This document shows, piece after piece, positions 57,527 through 64,000 of a stretch of DNA of 64,000 bases (its first letter is position 1; every line of letters begins with the position of its first letter). The notes beneath the pieces are model-generated. The model did not search any database. It had not been told where the DNA came from and saw only the letters and a list, made by a program, of their open reading frames with translations. The translations under genes were made by a program, and so were the position numbers. This DNA comes from Bacteroidota bacterium (GTDB lineage: Bacteria; Bacteroidota; Bacteroidia; Flavobacteriales_D; UBA2798): assembly GCA_049322335.1 (NCBI GenBank), contig JBMORL010000103.1:995-64994 (forward strand). The letters are read 5' to 3'.

Positions 57527-59125
57527 TTAATTGATTTTTATTTTTAGTGCCTGTTCAATAACATTTATCGGTATGGCAAACGCAATACCTTCAATGTTTT
57601 CACCGATTATTTTAGAATTTATTATTCCTATTAACTGACTATTCGTTGTATTTATCAAAGGGCCACCGCTGTTTCCCGGACTTACTTTTGTATCAGTTTG
57701 AATTAAAGAAAAATCTTCAAATTTCCTGAAGCCTGAAATGATTCCTTTTGTTATTGTTTGGCCAAGCTCAATGTCTTTCGGAGTTCCAATGGCAATTACT
57801 TCATCGGCTATTTCATTTTTTACATTTATATCAATATAAGGAGGTTGAAATAGTTTATCATTAATTTTAATTAATGCAAGATCGAATCCTGGATTGGTTC
57901 TTATAACTTTTGCCCTGGATTTTGAATTATCAGAAAAAATAACTTCAACCGAATCATTTTTACCGACTACATGATAATTTGATAGTGCATAACCATCATT
58001 TGAAATAACAATACCGGAACCATGCCCATCTTTTATTTTGATAATTAAGGAAGATTTTACAAAAGAGGCAATATCTTTGGGATTATTGTTTTTATTTTTT
58101 ATGTTTATTTGTTCCCAGTCATTATTAATAGACATCGGATCAACGGTATTTATTTTATTTTGACAAGCTGAATCTTTTATCAGTAACAAAAGAGACTTTT
58201 CAAAAATATTGATAATCATTTCTTCATTGAATCCTACTAACGGAACAAAATCAGAAGTTTCTTTCGTGTGGAATTCTACTATTACATCTTCTGTCATATG
58301 GTCTGTTATTTTCCATTTGATATCGATGGTTGCATTACGAATTTTATCGGAAATTACCCTATAAATTATTTTATTGATATCTAAGTTTAGATCATAGGAG
58401 TTAAAATTGTTGTATTTAATTTTTTTAGAATCTTCAATAAAATTTAATTTGGTTAATACGCTTTTTAACTGGTCATAATAGAATTTTTTATCATAAAAAA
58501 AATCAATATTTATTTTTTTAACCGGATTGGATTGGAAATTGTTTTTATGAAATCCGTTAAGATTTTTAAAATAATTTATAGTAAAATTTTCAGATTTCAG
58601 ATTTACATTCAATTTTGAGATAGTTAAGAAACGCTGGTGGTTTTTTCGTTTTAAAACAGGAATTAATTCAGGGAGTTGAAATTTTGTTCCATATTTTTTA
58701 TTGCCGGCAATGGCATCATAATAAAAAACGGAAGACAATGAAAGAGCATAAACCATTATAGTTGGATCCGGTCTTGAGCCATCTACTTCAATTAAAGCAG
58801 ATAATGCAACTATGGCTGTGCCCGTCAAAAAACTTATAAATTTTACCGGGTTTGGCTTAGCGGGTTCAATTAACGTAAATTGATTTATATAGCCTTCTTT
58901 ATATTGAATGAATAAATAATAGGGATGATCACTGTCGAGTTTTATGGTTATTGGTTTTAATGAATCCGGTTCACTTATTTCCATTAACCCCTTATTTTCA
59001 GAATAATACGATAATTTAGAACCTATATCTTTTCCTGAAATTATAGCTTCAGATTTGGGACGAATAACCCATGAACAGGAAGCAATAAATAATGGGAAGA
59101 TTAACACCCAAAAAATATTTTTCAT
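57527..59125 (-). CDS. Lipoprotein with C-terminal trypsin-like (S1C/HtrA-type) protease, triad intact
   Basis: Lipobox IASC; HGSG, LSNYHVV (His), DLALIK (Asp), IQTD..VSPGNSGGP (Ser); no PDZ domain. Confidence 0.9.
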   Translation of the reverse strand: MKNIFWVLIFPLFIASCSWVIRPKSEAIISGKDIGSKLSYYSENKGLMEISEPDSLKPITIKLDSDHPYYLFIQYKEGYINQFTLIEPAKPNPVKFISFLTGTAIVALSALIEVDGSRPDPTIMVYALSLSSVFYYDAIAGNKKYGTKFQLPELIPVLKRKNHQRFLTISKLNVNLKSENFTINYFKNLNGFHKNNFQSNPVKKINIDFFYDKKFYYDQLKSVLTKLNFIEDSKKIKYNNFNSYDLNLDINKIIYRVISDKIRNATIDIKWKITDHMTEDVIVEFHTKETSDFVPLVGFNEEMIINIFEKSLLLLIKDSACQNKINTVDPMSINNDWEQINIKNKNNNPKDIASFVKSSLIIKIKDGHGSGIVISNDGYALSNYHVVGKNDSVEVIFSDNSKSRAKVIRTNPGFDLALIKINDKLFQPPYIDINVKNEIADEVIAIGTPKDIELGQTITKGIISGFRKFEDFSLIQTDTKVSPGNSGGPLINTTNSQLIGIINSKIIGENIEGIAFAIPINVIEQALKIKIN

Positions 59126-59136
59126 ACTACTTTAAT

Positions 59137-60711
59137 TTAGAAATAAAATAATTTTTTTAGACTTTTTACGCTTATTATTCGTCCTGTAATTTCTTTTTTT
59201 GAATAATAGGGAGAAATCAAAATTCCGACCAAGTTCCCATTTTTGTCAACAATGGCAGTGCCTTCATTCCACGAATTGAATGAAACATCGGTGAGAAGGT
59301 ATTCAAAATTTTCATCCATATAAGTTGAAGAAATAATTCCTTTGTTCATTGTAACTGTTCCTGTATTTTCTGAATCTTCGCTATTGATAAGGTAAATTTC
59401 ATCCCCGGCTTCATAGATTTCAGAATTATTTAAAGAAAAATGTAATCCTGTATGATCTGATTTATCGGCCCTTATCACCGAAAGATTCAGTCGCGGGAAG
59501 TTTTTTATAATTTTGTAAGAAGATCTTTTTCCATTCATAAATACAACTTCATTATGTAATCCTGAATTTGAAGCAGCTTCAAATGAAGTGAGTATTATTC
59601 CTGAATCACCAATAATAATTCCTGAAGCCTCATGGTCATCATTTTTTATAACGACATTGCATTGGATACTTTCTTTCAGTGATTTGACCTGATAAGATGT
59701 GTCAGATGAAATTTTAAATGTAAATGTATCATGAATTTCATTGAATAAATCTGCAAATGCTGAAGCTTTTTTCTTGAAATTTTCATCATTCAAAAATTGA
59801 ATCATCGTTCTTTCATAGGCATCGAAAATCAAAGCATTTAGCAATATTCTGTGTTTTTCCGAAATTTCTGTTGAATATGAATTTGGTATTTTTATACAGT
59901 TGGAAAATGAGGCGTATTCTGACGAATAAATTTTGTTTTTATTCAAGGGGTTTTCAGCCCTCCAATAACATTTAAGGTTTATTGCCAAAAAGCCACTATA
60001 ATGCCTGATTGAAAACTCAGTCACTTCCCCTGAAATATCTATTTTATTTATTGATTTTCCTGATGAGTCTATATACCCCCACATTGAAAGTGATTTGTTT
60101 GCGTTTTTAAAGTTTTCTGAATTATTTAGCTGAAAGTGCGCATAATTATAGTTTGTTACATTAGTAATTATGTAATCGAAATAAAGATATTGAGGACCAC
60201 CAACTGGTATGATATAACCTTCACTTGGACCATCAGTTTTAGAAACGACTAAATTTAAAAAACTCTCGCTAGTTTTTTTATGTGGATACTTATAAAAGTT
60301 TTTTATTTCTATAAAGTCTGAATATTTTTTAAATGGTTTTAATTCACTTGTTCCTAATATGTAATGGTATGCGCCCACTGTAAAAAATAGTAATGGTAAA
60401 TCCAATAAAGAGAAGGGGTTAAATAAAGTTCGGCTAACAAGAAAATTAGTTGTTTTATACCCTTCTTTTGAAGCCTCAATAAGGGTAAAGGCCCTTCGGT
60501 TGTCAATTCTAATTATAGTATCACTCTTCCCGCCTTTTATTTTTCCTGTTGTTGGTATTTCGTATTGAGATCTTGTAACGTAAATATAACTAAGCTGGGC
60601 ATCTTTTTCAGGTGTTGTTTTAACATAAGTTTTGGATCGGTTTTTAATTATCAGGGTACATCCTGAAAAAATTAATAAGATAATTAAAATAAGTAGGGAT
60701 ATTGATCTCAT
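59137..60711 (-). CDS. Lipoprotein with a degenerate trypsin-like domain (pseudoprotease)
   Basis: Lipobox FSGC; triad positions read ILTSFEAA, NLSVIR, NSWNEGTA. Confidence 0.8.
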   Translation of the reverse strand: MRSISLLILIILLIFSGCTLIIKNRSKTYVKTTPEKDAQLSYIYVTRSQYEIPTTGKIKGGKSDTIIRIDNRRAFTLIEASKEGYKTTNFLVSRTLFNPFSLLDLPLLFFTVGAYHYILGTSELKPFKKYSDFIEIKNFYKYPHKKTSESFLNLVVSKTDGPSEGYIIPVGGPQYLYFDYIITNVTNYNYAHFQLNNSENFKNANKSLSMWGYIDSSGKSINKIDISGEVTEFSIRHYSGFLAINLKCYWRAENPLNKNKIYSSEYASFSNCIKIPNSYSTEISEKHRILLNALIFDAYERTMIQFLNDENFKKKASAFADLFNEIHDTFTFKISSDTSYQVKSLKESIQCNVVIKNDDHEASGIIIGDSGIILTSFEAASNSGLHNEVVFMNGKRSSYKIIKNFPRLNLSVIRADKSDHTGLHFSLNNSEIYEAGDEIYLINSEDSENTGTVTMNKGIISSTYMDENFEYLLTDVSFNSWNEGTAIVDKNGNLVGILISPYYSKKEITGRIISVKSLKKLFYF

Positions 60712-60716
60712 AAGGA

Positions 60717-62321
60717 TTATTTAATCTCAATATTCATTATTTTAAATATATCTTTTAATTCTGTTGCGAATGACAATCCTTCTACCCCGAATCCTCCTAC
60801 TTGTGTACACATAATACCAATAAGTGATTTATCACTTTTGTTAAAAACTGGACCACCAATGTTGGTTTCATTAATTTTCGCGTCCGTCTGAATCATTTTA
60901 ACAGCATCATTTTTCCTGAAACCAGATAATATTCCCGAAGTAATCGTTGGTCCGGCCCCCATATTAAATGGCACGCCAACTGCTAGTAATTCGATTCCGA
61001 TTTCCGAATTATGTTCAATGTTTATATAAGCTGATGGATAATTGCCTTCCGGAAGTTTTAACAGAACTATACCTGATTTTTTATGTTTATAAACTACACC
61101 GGCATTCAGTTTTGTTTTATCGCTCAGTTTTATTTCAACGGAATCTTGATTTTCAATATTATTAATATGTGATAATACATATCCGTTTTTTGAGATTATT
61201 ACTCCTGACCCTTTTTTTGAATCATTTTCAATAATCACGTAAGATAACAGGGCATTTTTCAAATCCTGTGGTTCTCTTGTGATAAGTTCCGGACGGATTA
61301 AAATTTTTGTGGTATTTTCGATTAATTTCTCCATCTCAATATTTTCCCTGAATTCACTATAATTTAAAAGCCCAATGAGTGATTTTTCGATGCAATTGTA
61401 ATAACTGTCATATAAATACAGATTGTTTAGCGGAACAAAATCAGATGTCTTTTCTGTTGAAAAAGTCTTTATCGTTTCTTTTGATAAATAATCTTTAATT
61501 TGCCATTCAAGAACAATGTTAGTCGAAAAAATCTGATTTGAAACCACATGATAAGTTATTTCTTTTACAGTTGCATCCAATAAACAACTGTTGTAACTTC
61601 CCGCATGAAATTCTGCAGTACTATCCATAAAATTACATTTGTATAAAAAATCGTTCATAGCTACTGAGAAAACAGTATTATCAAATTCCATTGAATTGTT
61701 TATAGTATTTTGAGGACGTGCAGGATCTTGCATGGCATTTTTATAGTGGTGCCATCTTTTATAATAATTGACTTTCATTTTACCCGACTCCACCATAAAA
61801 GCAATTTTATCTATATACATGTATTTTTGATTTTCTCCTCTCAGAGGAAAGGGAATCATATCAGGTAACTTATATTCTTTTGAGTATACTTTTTTCGGAT
61901 AAAACAATATGTAAAGTGCTCCTGCCGCAGGATATCCTAGTGCCCAAAGATTACTTGAACCATCTTCTATGATATCATTATTTAAAAGATAAAATAATCC
62001 TCCGCATACAGAAATTCCTAACGCAAGATCTGCAAATTTTAATTTATTAAACCGGTCTGCGATTATTACATCATAACTTTTAGAATATTTTTCCTTTTCC
62101 CTTGTTACAACATATAGCTGTGATTTGTTTTCCAAAACCACTTTTACATTTCCGGCAGAATCCGGCTCTAGTTTTTCATTATGTGAATTATTAATAAGAT
62201 AAGATTGACTGACATTTTCGCCCAGTCCTAAATTAGATTTCGTATGCACATTAATCAAAATATTACAGGAAGACAGGCAAACTGTGTTGACAACAAAAAA
62301 TATAAAAACCAGAGTTTTCAT
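60717..62321 (-). CDS. Lipoprotein with a degenerate trypsin-like domain (pseudoprotease)
   Basis: Lipobox LSSC; KGSG; triad positions read VLSHINNI, GIVLLK, INETNIGGP; 4-bp overlap with dedA. Confidence 0.82.
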   Translation of the reverse strand: MKTLVFIFFVVNTVCLSSCNILINVHTKSNLGLGENVSQSYLINNSHNEKLEPDSAGNVKVVLENKSQLYVVTREKEKYSKSYDVIIADRFNKLKFADLALGISVCGGLFYLLNNDIIEDGSSNLWALGYPAAGALYILFYPKKVYSKEYKLPDMIPFPLRGENQKYMYIDKIAFMVESGKMKVNYYKRWHHYKNAMQDPARPQNTINNSMEFDNTVFSVAMNDFLYKCNFMDSTAEFHAGSYNSCLLDATVKEITYHVVSNQIFSTNIVLEWQIKDYLSKETIKTFSTEKTSDFVPLNNLYLYDSYYNCIEKSLIGLLNYSEFRENIEMEKLIENTTKILIRPELITREPQDLKNALLSYVIIENDSKKGSGVIISKNGYVLSHINNIENQDSVEIKLSDKTKLNAGVVYKHKKSGIVLLKLPEGNYPSAYINIEHNSEIGIELLAVGVPFNMGAGPTITSGILSGFRKNDAVKMIQTDAKINETNIGGPVFNKSDKSLIGIMCTQVGGFGVEGLSFATELKDIFKIMNIEIK

Positions 62322-62953
62322 TTTTTAAATTTTTTATATTTTAAATACTCCACCCCCACCGGCACCAGCGAAAGCACAATAATTCCCAATACCACAAACT
62401 CAAAATTTTCTTTCACTATGGGAATATTACCGAAAAAATAGCCGAGTAAAGTTATCGAAACCACCCAAAGAATAGCTCCGGCAATACAATTCACAATGTA
62501 TTTCCGGTAGGTCATGCTGCCTACTCCGGCAACAAAAGGAGCAAATGTTCTTACAATGGGAACAAACCGCGCCATAATGATGGTTTTTCCACCATGTTTT
62601 TCGTAGAAGGCATGGGTTTTTTCAAGGTAATCTTTCCGTATGGTAAAAATCCCGAAGAGTTTGGCGCCTTCTCCTTTTCTGGCAAGAAATCTCCCGATAA
62701 AATAATTGGAATTATCGCCACACAAAGCGGCTGCTATCAACAACAAAATGATCAACACTACATTCAACCCGTTGGCTTCATTGGCGGCTAATGCACCGGC
62801 TGTAAATAGTAAAGAATCTCCCGGCAAAAACGGCATGATCACTATACCTGTCTCCACAAAAACAATGAGAAATAAAATAATGTACGTTGTTGTTCCGTAT
62901 TCGTTGATGATGGCCTGCAGGCGTTCGTCAAGATGTAAGATGAAATCGATCAT
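62318..62953 (-). CDS. dedA: DedA family membrane protein
   Basis: FVETG...PFLPGDSLLF, GDNSNYFIG, ARFVPIVRTFAPFVAG. Confidence 0.95.
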   Translation of the reverse strand: MIDFILHLDERLQAIINEYGTTTYIILFLIVFVETGIVIMPFLPGDSLLFTAGALAANEANGLNVVLIILLLIAAALCGDNSNYFIGRFLARKGEGAKLFGIFTIRKDYLEKTHAFYEKHGGKTIIMARFVPIVRTFAPFVAGVGSMTYRKYIVNCIAGAILWVVSITLLGYFFGNIPIVKENFEFVVLGIIVLSLVPVGVEYLKYKKFKK

Positions 62954-62988
62954 TTGTTTTATTCTTTTTTACCTCTATGCTAAATACA

Positions 62989-63049
62989 GATTGCTTCAGT
63001 CGAGGACTCCTTCGCAATGACCCACAAACAGGGACTCCCTCGCAATGAC
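62989..63049 (+). repeat. GATTGC...GCAATGAC-family REP-like element (empty form) plus a partial second copy
   Basis: GATTGCTTCAGTCGAGGACTCCTTCGCAATGAC (62989-63021), then GGACTCCCTCGCAATGAC (63032-63049). Confidence 0.8.
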
Positions 63050-63066
63050 CCGAGCTTGGGTGAAAA

Positions 63067-63384
63067 TTAATACTTACTCATTGAAGGATCAATTTCATCG
63101 GCCCAGGCAAGGATACCACCTTTTAAATTACTGAGGTTGGTGTATCCCAGTTGCGATTCTAACGCTTCGATGACTGCAGCAGAACGTTTCCCGCTGCGGC
63201 AATGAATAACAACCGGTATATCTTTTTTTATCCGTGATGCATTTTCCAATACATCTCCCATGGGAATTAATTCACCGCCCAGTGAACAAATGTCGGCTTC
63301 ATAACTTTCGCGTACATCAATCAGCTGGAAATTTTCTTTTGCATCCAGTTTTGCTTTTAATTCCTGTACAGAAATTTCGCGCAT
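63067..63384 (-). CDS. Single-domain rhodanese (MoeZ C-terminal-like)
   Basis: LIDVRE, HCRSGKRS active-site loop, NLKGGILAW. Confidence 0.92.
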   Translation of the reverse strand: MREISVQELKAKLDAKENFQLIDVRESYEADICSLGGELIPMGDVLENASRIKKDIPVVIHCRSGKRSAAVIEALESQLGYTNLSNLKGGILAWADEIDPSMSKY

Positions 63385-63386
63385 AA

Positions 63387-64000
63387 TTATTTCTTTTTTT
63401 CGGGGTGTTTTATTTTTTTAACGATCTCGGCCGGGAGAAAATGGAAAAACGTGTCTCCCCGCAATCCCAGGCGAAGGCATTCCATGGCAATTACTTCATT
63501 CGGACTGATATTTCCGAGATTAACGTTGGCGCCAAAATGTTTGATAAACCATACCTGTTGTTCTTTTTTGGGTGCTTCCCACATGATCTTATCCGGAGCA
63601 ACGCGCGCTGTAATTTTGTTGATGAGTAAAGTATGGGCATGGCCACTGGGACGAAAAATTCCGACTGTTCCGCTTTCCCTTCCTTCTGCAATCACTTTCC
63701 ATGCACCGGCTTCAATTTCGGTAGTCATCATTTTTATCCATCTAGCAGGAGAAATAAGTAATCCCGCTTCTTTCGATCCCACTTCAGATAATACGGTATA
63801 ATCTTTCGCCAGCGTTTCAATGTATTTGCATTTCTGGTCGTGATCCAATACAATCGATCCGTCTGAAACTTCAGCTACTTCGAGTTTGTATTTTGAAAGC
63901 AGTTTCCTGTAGTCGTCAAATTTTCCGCGGGCAATGAAAGCTTCAAATAATGTTCCTCCGAAATAACATTTCATTCCCGCGCTTTTGTATAGTTTTAATT
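63387..64000 (-). CDS. comA: Phosphosulfolactate synthase (ComA/HSA32 family), 5' end outside the window
   Basis: Frame open to the window edge (LKLYKSAGM...). YFGGTLFE, EVSDG, SEVGSK, AEGRESG, WEAP, NVNLGNI, LRLGLRGDT. Confidence 0.92.
   Translation of the reverse strand, partial: LKLYKSAGMKCYFGGTLFEAFIARGKFDDYRKLLSKYKLEVAEVSDGSIVLDHDQKCKYIETLAKDYTVLSEVGSKEAGLLISPARWIKMMTTEIEAGAWKVIAEGRESGTVGIFRPSGHAHTLLINKITARVAPDKIMWEAPKKEQQVWFIKHFGANVNLGNISPNEVIAMECLRLGLRGDTFFHFLPAEIVKKIKHPEKKK

Noticed and set aside
56033-63021. Two same-strand REP copies as ends of a composite transposon carrying glcD-like, proteases and dedA
   Set aside because: The copies are diverged, a third lies at 34902, the enclosed dedA and oxidase look like core genes, and no target duplication is visible.

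Overview
A 64-kb chromosomal window from a Bacteroidota genome, probably Flavobacteriales-like. The assignment rests on T9SS type A and type B C-terminal domains, a PorP/SprF protein, DUF1573 genes beside valS, an exonuclease-fused DnaE and TAnnTTTG -7 promoter boxes. Housekeeping genes (valS, ppk1, ppx, PIN-PhoH, dnaE, ttcA, dedA, comA, an aminotransferase, an M1 aminopeptidase, two POT transporters, two FAD oxidoreductases) are interspersed with large secreted proteins, two putative TPR-type regulators and several visibly AT-rich passenger genes. I saw no rRNA, tRNA, CRISPR array, integrase or transposase. Main observations: (1) a 1121-bp single-gene cassette at the 3' end of phoH, flanked by a perfect 98-bp direct repeat that copies the last 11 phoH codons, the stop codon and an octamer-repeat hairpin, with no recombinase in view; (2) an AT-rich operon of three paralogous lipoprotein trypsin-like proteases, one with an intact catalytic triad and two with all three residues substituted; (3) one REP-like palindrome family present empty, with a ~19-bp insert and with an 85-bp nested insert at the same internal position; (4) an orphan ParA ATPase near the polyphosphate genes; (5) an uncharacterised 490-aa helical protein divergent from a secreted-protein gene across a perfect palindrome. 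All calls come from reading motifs by eye; no database searches were run.
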